Source: Octopus bimaculoides
Taxonomy: Eukaryota
Assembly: GCF_001194135.2 (NCBI RefSeq)
Contig: NC_068984.1
Location: forward strand, 71,676,049 to 71,712,190
DNA: 36,142 nt
Direction of reading: 5' to 3'
Made by a program: the position numbers and the translations under genes. Shown one piece after another: positions 1 through 10,965 of the stretch. Under the pieces are notes generated by a model. The model was not told where the DNA came from. It did not search any database and saw only the letters and a program-made list of their open reading frames with translations. The stretch's first letter is position 1. The number at the start of each line of letters is the position of its first letter.

Positions 1-69
1 TTGGATCGTTGATGACCTCTTTCTAGCATATTAGATGTCCACCTAGTGGTCATCCCTTATACACGTGGC

Positions 70-253
70 ATATATATATATATATATATGCGTCGAGGGT
101 TCTCTCTGTTTCCCTCTACTGAATGCATTCACACTATTTTGCTCGGCTCGATGCCAAATTAGAAAGCACTTGCGCAAGGTCTGACGTTGTGGGACTGAAC
201 ATGCAACCATACGATTTTTAAACAAACTTTTTACTAAACATCCGCGCCCCCGC
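70..253 (-). mobile_element. Diverged tRNA-derived SINE with (TA)n tract
   Basis: Reverse complement contains a B-box-like GTTCAGTCCC. Aligns within the window to 8470-8590 (shared GAATGCATTCACA) and, inverted, to 16012-16110 (GAAAGCACTTGCGCAAG...GGACTGAAC vs GAAAACACTTGCTCAAG...GGACTGAAC). (TA)n at 70-89. Confidence 0.75.
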
Positions 254-574
254 ATATATTGAATGTATAACAAATATCATAGTTCATGTTGTGATTCAGA
301 TCAAAGCCTTTTCATTCGTGTTCCATATAATATCCACAATTTCTATATTCATTCACTCCACATTATGGTTCACATCATTATTTTTATAATCTGTCGAGAG
401 CACTTAATGTTACTCTTTTTACTTATACATCATTTTTGCTATTCTCTTTTGCTAGAATAATTCCTTCATATTCTTATATCCCATATTAAATTACTTTACA
501 TTATTATTATTTGGTTGATGACTTTATGAGATTTGTCTTTCGCGTTTATTTTCAGTGTAGCAGACATTTCATCA

Positions 575-640
575 TATGTGTGTATAATGTGTGTGTATGC
601 ATGTATGTACATATGTGTCTATGTATATATATATATATAT
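575..640. repeat. Compound (TG)/(TATG)/(TA) microsatellite next to a gap
   Basis: Read directly from the sequence. Confidence 0.85.
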
Positions 641-670
641 NNNNNNNNNNNNNNNNNNNNNNNNNNNNNN
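641..670. other. Assembly gap (30 N)
   Basis: N run. Confidence 1.
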
Positions 671-1807
671 ATATCTTCTCCTTTAATGACAACCGACAAT
701 AAGCAATTCATGTGGTGAATTATTTTCAGTTTTCGAATTCCTTACGTAAGTAAAATAAATAAAAATAATCAATGCCAAATACTAAGCACAAATAGTCAAT
801 ACAGCGGTGGTAGATTAATATATGATACCAAACACTTATTCTTTTATAATGAAATTATAAATAAAATAGAGAACATGTAATATAATAGACGTAGAAACAT
901 TAGTGTGTGGCTGCCAAATAGATGCCAAAATTAAATGAATTAGAATAACACTACCCGTAAAAAAAATTGGACCATATACAAGGATCTTACTCTGTTAGTT
1001 ATAACTCAATTAATGTCATTTCATTGTCTTTGGGAATATACTACTATCTTTGAAACTAATTGCTTGAACGATTATTGAAGCATTTAAAACGTTTATACCC
1101 ATATAAACTATATTATATAATACAAAACATTTTATCAGGATGTTGACTGAACCTATCTTCAACGTTTCCTTAAAAAGGTCAACAAATGTTATATCTAAAT
1201 TGAAATCAAGTCATCGACCATATGTTCGATCCATAAGGAATATAAGCCTGTTGAAATTCCGAGAACTATTTCACTATAACCGCATTTAGACAGTAATTAT
1301 TAGACATCTCTCGTTCTCATTCCGTTCATTTCACTTTCTTTCATTCTATTTAATGCTAGTAAATTGCCAATAACATTGAATATTATGGTTTCGCTATTTG
1401 TACAACCGCTAATGGACGTATTCACAGCTAAAATGCGTCTGTTCATTAACTAACTTTCATTAACAATAACCTCTTATCTGAATAGCTTGATTTTATAAAT
1501 TTACTTTTCAAATTACAGCATTCGCTCCTCCTTTTAGATTTCTTTCCAACTTTCATAATTGATGCAATGAAGACGGCTGGAGGAAGCAACAAAAATGTCA
1601 GTATGCTAGCCTAAGTGTCTTTTCGTATTTGGTCTCCCCTCCTAACAGTCACAGTAAATTGTTGGTCATGTACTGCATTTGATTACATTGACTATACACT
1701 GCTCATAGAAATGTGAAGCTTGCGCCAATGCAATTAATCGATATAGCATTGCAACGAAAGTGACGATTTGGCAGAATGTGTAAAACACTACAATCTTATA
1801 TTACTCA

Positions 1808-1893
1808 GTTTCGTATTTCTGTATTCCGTATTTCGTATTTCGTATTTCGTATTTCTGTATTTCGTATTTCTGTATTTCGTATTTCTGTATTCC
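1808..1893. repeat. Mixed 7/8-bp tandem repeat GTATTTC(T)
   Basis: 11 full units of GTATTTC, GTATTTCT or GTATTCC. Confidence 0.95.
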
Positions 1894-2268
1894 GGATTAA
1901 AACGCTACTAGGGCCAAGTTTCATTCTTAGTTGCATACGTTATTAGTGACCTATCGTTAAATACTTATTTAATATATTAAAATGTTAATGTTTATATTTA
2001 AGTGCATAGTAATGCATTTGTACATGGTAAATAATTTCTCCAGCAAATAAACTAGCATTAAATTTAACTGTTTCTACGCCAGTTACTATTATTACGATTA
2101 TTTTACGCGGCTGCTAGAGTTCAACACTACATTTTACTCAGAAATTACTAATGCATACAATTCAAATACGATTCAACAGTGAAAATGAGCTAATTTTGTG
2201 AGGTGTAAGTAATTACGTAAGCAAAGTAATATCATTAATTTGTTCTGTATCGATTCTAAGTTTATGCA

Positions 2269-2278
<10 letters not shown>

Positions 2279-2317
<39 letters not shown>

Positions 2318-2334
2318 CGCGCGTGTGTGTGTAT
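2279..2334. repeat. (AT)n-(GC)5-(GT)5 alternating purine-pyrimidine tract
   Basis: Read directly from the sequence. Confidence 0.95.
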
Positions 2335-2920
2335 TTGCTCAGCGTTTTCCACATTAGTTCAAGATTAATAATTTGTTTTACAATAGCCAATATTTAGCAA
2401 GTCCTGCAATCATAAATGGGCGGGTGGTGATTTAATAAACTTTGTGTTGTGGAACATTAGACTAATTATTGATGTTCAGTAAACGCCTTCTGTTTTTAAA
2501 TACTAAGATTCAGCTTGTACTTTAGCACTTCAGCCTGAATGATGCACAGATAATATACCGAGTCTAAGCTATTTTTGCACGGCCTTCTTTTAATCGGCAA
2601 AATACTCTTTGTGAATCTAAATGTAAATACAAAAATGAATGAGAATGAAATAGGTTTTGTTCTAAATATGGCACATTATATCGTATAGTAAAACTCTCTA
2701 TAATGAATGTACGCTTCACATGGATTACTGGATTAAACAAACTCCATTGAAGAAAGTGCATGAGCGTCATTGCTGTCGATGGATTTAAACTTTGTTATAC
2801 TATTATATTATGTATACCATATTGTATATTTTCTTCTTTAAAATGATTATTAAATTCCATTTATATAATTTTTATTAATTTGATGTTATTACCTTTTTCT
2901 TTCCACTATTAGATTTGTTG

Positions 2921-2992
2921 CAGTAGCAACAGCAACAGCAGTGGCGGTGCCAGCAGCAGTAGCATCAATAGTAGTAGTAGTAGTAGCATCAA

Positions 2993-3041
<49 letters not shown>
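2921..3041. repeat. Degenerate (CAG)n grading into (TAG)n microsatellite
   Basis: Read directly. Contains a 24-bp internal duplication starting AGCATCAATAGTAG at 2961 and 2985. Confidence 0.95.
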
Positions 3042-3042
<1 letters not shown>

Positions 3043-4276
3043 AATTTTCGTTTTTGTTGATATATCTCTTGAAGGTCTTGCGGTCCTAATATATTTCCAA
3101 AATGCTTATTTGTTTACTTTTAAATATCAAGCACATATGTTAATAAATATGGCATTTTGATATTAATATTTGACATTCTATATGCTTTTATCTTCAACAA
3201 AAGATTACAGTAGAAGAATTTCTTTGTGAAGTTGATGTTATTCTGAAAATAGTCATTTACAACTTTTAATTAACTTCTTATATACTCTAATGGAGACAAT
3301 CCAACAAACAATATTAAAGAGACTGAAGTGAAAATGCCATGTAGCCTTTTTGCATAAGATGATTAAAAGAAATGCGTTTAATTCTTCATTTCCCATTTTA
3401 AATTGCTGGGATCTCTCACATGATTGCGTGTCAACATTAAAATTGTCTCCAATACTTCACCTCTGTTGTTACTTTAAAATTATAGTGAACTATGCAGTAA
3501 GACTTAAGTAAACGATTCAAACCTATCATCAATAAATAATCAGGTCGAGAAACAAATTTAAAGTTTACTTTTAATTCATTAAGTTAATGACAATCAATCC
3601 TAAAACATCACAGGAAACTAATCTCAAAGATAAGACACTTTTATTATGTAAATTCCAAGGATATCATCGTAAATGTATATAGTTCAGATGAGTCTTCATA
3701 GCGAAAAGCTGTTTGTTTCTGTTACGATGCATATGGTTCCAAGGTGTAAATGTTTCGAGCAGAATGAATAGGAGTAAACTTAGATGAACAGGTACTTTGC
3801 AATATATTTCTCTCTGAAACACATGGATGTAGCACTCTCAAATGTATATGTTCTTTAGCAATTAAGAAATGGCGTGATACGTTTTACTCTAGATGTATTT
3901 ACCTCAGGAGTTGGACAGAAGCATTAATCTATAGACTGATTGTTGCACACTTCCTGCCAATGAATATCATAAGTTCGTTGCAGTCATTTGAAATTTTGGA
4001 GTAGTCGAAATTATCATGTTACTGAAATTTTGGTAGATATGAGTTTTCGTCCAATGCATAAGTCTCATGAATCCATCACTAAGGCATATAGTTTACAGGC
4101 GGTCTGTATAGTTTACAGAGGGTACATGAGTATCAGAATTTCAAGAAGTATTCGCATTTTTCAAATATTATTTCGAACCTCCTATGAGGAATAGTAATGT
4201 GATATCCTGTGCGTTTTGACGAGAAAAATCCGGAGGAAAAAGATATTTTAATGCGATAGAATAGTCATGAAATGTA

Positions 4277-5340
4277 TTGGGCAATCGCATAAATAATGCG
4301 GATTTTATACCTCCTTTATTTTTCAAAATTAAGATTAAGGTTCTTTTTAATCTAAAATATACTCTCCTTCATTTTCTACAATTACCTTCCATCTACCTGG
4401 TAGACTTTCAAGCCCCCTCTTCCAGAGCTCACTTGTCCGTAACGAAACATTCCTCCAGCACTGTTCTGACCGCATCTACAGAATTCATATTGTTTCCGTC
4501 CAAATGATTTTGAAGACTACTTGATAGATGATAATCGGACGGGGCAATGTCCGGCGAATATGGTGGGTGGGGTATCGTTTCCCATTCAAACTGCTCCAGT
4601 CTTTGGAATGTACTCCTCACTGCATGTGGCCGATTATACTGATAGAACAGCTTTCGTCTTGAAACCAAAGATGGTCGTTTTCCTTCGAGAGCTGACTTAA
4701 GCCGCTCAAGCTACTAACTGTAGATCTCCATTGTTATCGTTTGGTTTGGGTTTAAAAGTTCAAAGTGAACTAAACCTTTCATATCCCACAAAACAGATAG
4801 CAACACCTTACGTGATTGAAGACCTTCTTTAGCCTGGTGTGCCGGTGTTTCTCCTTTCCCAATCAACTGTCTTCGGTGCTTGACATTTTTATAGGCAACC
4901 CATACCTCGTCACCAGTCACTATGCAATACAAATATGTTCATTTGTGAGACATGATTGTAAAGAAAAGCACATATAAACATTCTGCGTGCGAATAAACTC
5001 GGAAATTTTGTGAGATGACTTTTCCGGAGTCGATGAATGGTTGAAAGACCAAACCAAAGCTTCTATGCTAGTTCCCCAACCATTAGCATGAGATTTTGTT
5101 CCACCAGGGTTTGCAGGACGTCCTCGTCAACCTCTACTCTTCTTCTAGAACGAAGCTCGTCTTCTAGGATGTAGTGTCCAGCTTGGAATTTCTTGAACCA
5201 CTGTTGACACAGGCTTACGCTTATTGTCCGATCCACATATACTGCATGAACATTCCTCGCACTTTCTGTTTTGTTGCAGCTTTTATTGAGCTCATAAAGC
5301 AAAATATGCCGGAAATGCTCCACTGTGACTTCTATTATAG
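4277..5340 (-). mobile_element. Mariner (D,D34D) transposon relic; only one TIR recognisable
   Basis: Transposase motifs listed in the next feature. TA followed by TTGGGCAATCGCATAAATAATGCGGATTTT at 4275-4306 resembles a mariner TIR. No partner TIR found. Confidence 0.93.
4347..5336 (-). pseudogene. Mariner transposase pseudogene
   Basis: N-terminal HTH region EHFRHILLYE...WFKKFQAG..LEDE; degenerate WVPHEL (SSHKISE); IVTGDEVW; DNARPH decayed to YNRPH; PHPPYSPDIAPSDYHL; C-terminus RWKVIVENEGEYILD* ending at 4347. Several stops and frameshifts, and the start codon appears lost. Confidence 0.93.
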
Positions 5341-5944
5341 GCTTGAAAAAATAACTCCTGAAGGCGAACTGGACTCTTCAAAACTTTCACTATGGATAAC
5401 GGAAATGTAATATTACTACCTGCTTTTATAGAATGTCGATGCAGGTGGCTTATCCCTTTCCTCTCCGACTTTTAGTTATTTTAGTTAAACATTTTCAGGC
5501 GAAACTGGGACATCGACATTTGGACTGCAAATTTTTTGTCATACTGTCTTACAAAATGCAAAATGGTAAACTCTGAATTCCCTGCGGGCTCTTTCCTAAT
5601 AATGGTGTGCCGGTGTTCGAGTGGACACACTGAGGGAGAGATATGTGTCAAGAACAGTCGTTATTTCATATGCTGTGTCTCCCAAAATAATTCAATAACA
5701 GAATTAACTCCTCTACTCTTTTCCATTGATTACAATGTATTATACTATGCTTAATAAATGTATGTACACTATAATTCGCAGTAGTATTTAATGTACTCAG
5801 ACTGTTTGAGATTACATTCATTTCTTTTATTCCTCTGTAGCTCTAAATATTTCAGCATTTGATTTTTCATTACTTATGATGAATATAAAAAAAGTGCTTA
5901 TTTCTCATAAACTATTAGGAGACATATTTATGGACTCAAAAAAT

Positions 5945-6041
5945 CGCACACACTCACTCACATCCCACTGCCCGCTGTCATACAAACGCACACACACACA
6001 CTCACACACACAAAAACATCTATATGCATACATATATATAT
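5945..6041. repeat. Degenerate (CA)n/(TA)n tract
   Basis: Read directly from the sequence. Confidence 0.7.
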
Positions 6042-6399
6042 CGTTATAGAGATTTCAGGGCGTATTAATGTGATTTCATGGGATGAAATTTACACCAATG
6101 TCTTGCTCATATTAACATAAAATTTGTCCTCAGATATATTTCTGGTTTGTTGTACTTCTAAATAAAAGTATTCTTTATATATTCAATGATGATTATTCTT
6201 ACCTGTCAAGGTAGCTTACATATTTAATCAATGAAATTAGTTTGGGTACATCTACATATATACTTGCGATTATTTCGTTTAAGGCATTATAATCTATCCT
6301 TTAGAACTCCATGAATATTTACCAAAATTAATTCGTGTCTCACTGAACTTATTTCATGTAAATATAAATCATAACGTTGATTCAAATAAACGTTCACAT

Positions 6400-6463
<64 letters not shown>
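6400..6463. repeat. (TAC)n microsatellite, about 21 units
   Basis: Perfect trinucleotide run. Confidence 0.98.
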
Positions 6464-6838
6464 GTTTGTTGGTATCTCTGCTTGAAGGCGAAATGCTGTC
6501 GCCATTGACTTGATCTCTAATTTCTTAGGTGGCGAAGCTAAAGTTCTTCTGATATATTGATGCGAACGAACACGTGAGAAGTGGTTTCTCACTGGTACTA
6601 CTAGTTAGCTAAATTTTTACTTTCTGGTGTGTTGTTCTGCCACATTCTCATCTGGTATTTTTTAGGAAAACCACCCCCAAATGGCTGGAAGTTACTTATT
6701 GTAAGAGACTATGAATAAGGAGAAATTAAGTTCAATGGAATTAATTTACTTTAGATTTGAAAGAGCTGAGATCATAAGAATGAGGAGAACGATGAAATGA
6801 TGAAATAGGTAAGAGTTCCAAGGTCTGAAAGTTCGGAA

Positions 6839-6841
<3 letters not shown>

Positions 6842-6884
<43 letters not shown>
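6842..6884. repeat. (AT)n microsatellite
   Basis: Perfect dinucleotide run. Confidence 0.98.
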
Positions 6885-6885
<1 letters not shown>

Positions 6886-8344
6886 GTATACATTGAACAT
6901 TTGTTGTTCATTAAATGTAGCGTAAATTTATTTTTATAAATTAGTTTTGATCTCACAATACTTGCGGATTCAATTCAGTAGTTTAAGGTTCAATTGCCAA
7001 GTATGGTTCCTATTCTCTTCAGTAAATAATACAGCACATATGAATGTAAGTATTCACTTAACCACTCTTCTGCATGTAAGGCATTCGAAATTTAAATTGA
7101 TGTTACATATTCTCTTGCAAATAAAGAATATTCATTGCTAATTATTCGTTGATGTAATCGTATCAAATGCTCTTTTTGAATAGTGCAATTATTTGGAATT
7201 TTTACATGCTCTAATGCAAGCATATATTTTAATATCAGATTCTTCATACACAGTTACAAATGTGTGTTTTCGGGATAAAACTAAATTTCCGTCGGATTAA
7301 TGCATGATTCTTGGTCGACGATTGAATAAATTTTCTGGAGATCTGAACACCACTTGAATTTAATATATTTTTTTACGCCACTGTGTAAATATTCCTTCCT
7401 CAGTTACTTGATAAATACTATTTTGTTAACACTTTTCCATCATTTAATAAGCTTCTTGCGTTTTTCAAATGAATTCCAAGAAGTGCTGTCACTTAACGAA
7501 TATTTATTGGTTTCCCCTATTTTCCCGGGAATTCTCCTATTCTCCATCTTTTAAAATAATTTTGTCCTTTACAATTTTTCTATTGTTAAGCAGCTATTTC
7601 ATGGTCAAATTTCACAGTTTGTAGCAACTTAGAATATAATAAGTAAAGACGTGACAAGAAATATAACACCCTTATTTACAGTGAAAACAAAGTTAGCGGT
7701 TAAAATAACCTACTAAAGGATAAAATATCGTATATACTATCGGTATCCGTTACCCACGTTATCACCGGGCATTAGTGTGTAGACACATTATACACGGAGA
7801 GTGCAGGTACCAACGGGATAAACAAACTTTATCAGGAAACAAATACAAATAATCAGAAAATGGAGAAAACCTCAGATTAACAAGCGCATCGATTGGGCCA
7901 CATTTATAGCTTATTTTATTTTCTATTATAAAGCATAACATAACAAATAGTTACGTAACAAATATTATGGCCGCTTCCGCATCCGTTGCCTAACGCTCTC
8001 TATAAATATTATGAAAATAAAGTTCTTTATCTCCAAAGGACATTCGAATTAAGGCACGAAGCTTCATCAGAGTAAAAAACAAGAGCATTTAGTTATAAAC
8101 AAAGACAGAAGGAATAAGGAAGAAAACATGGCCTAAAAAAGAAGACTACAAGCCCAGTATGTTAAAAGCATATCATCTACCATCTTGGGACTACGAGGTC
8201 CGTAGGTAAAAGAGTGAACTAGTGATGGTCTAGGGAATACTAAATACTAGTTTCAATTTAAGGGGTAGGGCAAGATGTTTTGAAATTTATGAAAAGAGTT
8301 ATCAAAAACAAATAATAAAAGGAAACCTACTAACATGGTTATCA

Positions 8345-8592
8345 TTGTTCTATCGCTCTCTTTTATGGAAACGATAAACTACGGAGACGTAAATACACCA
8401 ATATCGGTTGTCAATCGATGGGGGCGGGGCAAACACAGACACAAAGACATACATATAAATATATACGTTCAGTTCCCGTCACCCGAATGCATTCACATGC
8501 TCTGGTCGGCCCGAGGCTATAGTAGAAAAGGCTCGCTCAAGAACCCGGAACAATGTGGTAGGAAAGCAAGCCTCGTACCACGCACCCGTGCC
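8345..8592 (-). mobile_element. tRNA-derived SINE with an internal deletion and an internal CA/TA tract
   Basis: Minus-strand head reads GTGGTACGAGGCTTGCTTTCCTACCACATTGTTCCGGGTTC. Homologous to 70-253 and 16012-16110. The extension to 8345 rests on a recalled octopus SINE consensus. Confidence 0.75.
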
Positions 8593-8596
<4 letters not shown>

Positions 8597-8665
<69 letters not shown>

Positions 8666-8690
8666 TTAAATATATATACACATTTAAATA
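8597..8690. repeat. (TA)n run followed by an 18-bp duplication (TATATATACACATTTAAA)
   Basis: Read directly from the sequence. Confidence 0.95.
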
Positions 8691-9454
8691 TCTATTTTAC
8701 AAACTGGAAAGGGACCTCGACAAAATTAAATACATTAGCATAAAATAATAGTTTTATGTTGTTTTTATAATTACGCTTTAAACTGTTACTATATGAATGC
8801 AAAGGAGATATTTGAATAGCTTGAAAATGAACCTGAAGTGTTAAGGTAGATGATGTGGCCATAAACTGAATTTGGAGGTATTTGTAGTTGCAGTTTTAGA
8901 TGTGGGAGTCTATATGGCCTTTACATAAATTAATACCCACACATTATTGTGAGTTACATTAGTAAAAATGTTGTGTAATTGATGTTTTAGAATTCTTGGC
9001 TATTTCAAATACTTCTATGATGCATCATTGACAGAACTGAAGATGAAGTAACGGAAACTTTCCATCAACATGGAACATTGTGAGACCAAATAATTCGTGC
9101 ATAATGCAGGCAAGTTTAGATTTTAAGTAAATAAATAGGTTGTATCGCGAAGCAACAATTAACAACATGATAAAAAAATAATCTCTATTTACCTGAAATT
9201 TATTAAGGAAGAATGAACGATTTCAAAGACTACTAATTGATGACCTATTTAATTATTGCAGAATGCTTTCTGGTAAAAGCAATAACCGAGGATATTTCCT
9301 TCCTCTAATAAACAATATTCTAAATACAGCCGGTCGATATATAAATGCTCTATTACGTGGAAAGTTAAGTTATGTTGATAACTGCCGTTAATAGAATGCA
9401 CACAAGCATATTTTGACATTTCCTACAATATCATCTGACAGACACATTCGCGTG

Positions 9455-9677
9455 TTTCAATGTGCAAACCCTCACAGCCATACCAGGATCAATATTCCAC
9501 CTGTTTTATTTTCAAACCAACAATATCCTTCATTTCACACCTACGCTACAATGTCCTCCCAGAAATAGACAGTCACATCATCAAAATCCTGAAGCTAGAA
9601 GATGTAGGTTTAATTCAAAACTATGAGACAATATAATCAATTTATTTGAGAGAGGAAGCTGAATACCGAATTGTTAA
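9455..9677. mobile_element. Probable decayed piggyBac-type MITE
   Basis: CACCTACGCTACAATGTC...CACATCATCAAAATC...TTAATTCAAAAC...GCTGAATACCGAATTGTTAA resembles an abundant octopus repeat with TTAA ends, recalled from memory. TIRs cannot be verified here. Confidence 0.4.
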
Positions 9678-10748
9678 AAATGATGGGAATTAACTGTATT
9701 TCACAAACAAATAATTTCTTGTGCCTATCGTTAGTTATCTTCTACCTCTTGCATATACTTGAACGTAGTTTTGTGCATAAGCGTGTGCGCTTATCAAGAA
9801 ATCAAGATTGAATAAATAGGGTTCGGGAAACTCCATAATTACGGACAGTAGAGACGCATACATAATTCAAGAAATATGTATATCGTTTGTCTTATATATA
9901 TGTATATTGTCTCTAACCTTAATATTGTCTATTTACTTGGCATTGAATTAAACTTCAAAACAGGAAACCATTTGCCCATTATAGGACAAATGTCAACCAT
10001 GTATACATCCCTGAGACAATTCACAATCACACCTAAACAAAGAAATCTTGTGATGGAGAAAACGTAGCAGAGTTTCCAATCTATAATAGATAGTTTATAT
10101 GCAAGCAGGCTAGTCAGCCCTTGTAAATTTACGCCAGGTAGGACCGACTTCAATAAATATGAATAATCTCAGATGTTACTGATATTTAAAACGAGAACAT
10201 ATTTTTAAAATGTTACATAAGGAAATGAAAGTGCCTAGATTGGTCCAACTAAATTATTCATTGAAAACAATACACAAAACAAAAAGAATTAATTTACAGA
10301 GTTTAAGCACAAAACTGTTCCATATCTGTGGATTTCACATACAAACATCTGACATTTTGACAGCTGATTTTGCTTTCCTTTTTGACCCTGAAGGACAAAT
10401 ACCGCAAAGCCCTTGTGAGTAATACATACTGAACTTATTTAATAGAGAATGGTTATATGATTTGGCTTCATTTGTTTTTACTTACATCTTTAATTATCTA
10501 AGAACGTTCGTTTATTTTATGTCCTTCACAATACCCTTGCATAACGGAGTCATAGTTGCTGTGAAGACTACAGGGATATTTCGAAATGATATTCAATATT
10601 TGAAAAGTAATTGATTTTAATAGAAATATAGAGTATCAATCAGTTAATAATTAATAACTGTTTTCAAGAGTAGTTAATACTACTGCCTGAGTGAGACAAC
10701 AGCATCTTGGTGTTCATTCTAATTTGACGCGTTAATGTAAGTCTCGGT

Positions 10749-10965
10749 AATAATCATTTCTACAATACTTTGAAGGCCTGAAATTTCCGGGAAAGGGTAA
10801 GTTAATTACATCGGCCAACGTCCACATCTTGTGCTTATTTTGTCGACCACAAAAAGATGAAAGGCAAAGTCGACCTCGGTGGTATTTGAACTCAAAACTT
10901 AAAGACGGACGAAATGCCGCTAAGCATTGTCCTCGGAGTGCTAATGATTTTACCAACTCATCTAC
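10749..10965 (-). mobile_element. Near full-length tRNA-derived SINE (second family)
   Basis: Minus strand shows an A-box-like TGAGTTGGTAAAATCATTAG, a B-box GAGTTCAAATACC, the body GAGGTCGACTTTGCCTTTCATC...GTCGACAAAATAAG, and a tail GAAATGATTATT. Confidence 0.85.

Noticed and set aside
1808-1893. CRISPR-like or other spacer array
   Set aside because: No spacers, and the context is eukaryotic; it is a simple tandem repeat.
6287-6592. Poly-Ser ORF
   Set aside because: Produced by the (TAC)n microsatellite.
8335-8748. 137-aa ORF
   Set aside because: Made of antisense SINE plus (TA)n (YIYI run).
9036-9062. CTGAAGA...GAAAC hammerhead-like spacing
   Set aside because: No helix II closing pair and no helix I.
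8987-10413. Plus-strand pseudo-exons (ILGYFKYFYDASLTELK near 8990; 51-nt AG...GTGAGT near 10363)
   Set aside because: Phases do not chain and no family was recognised.
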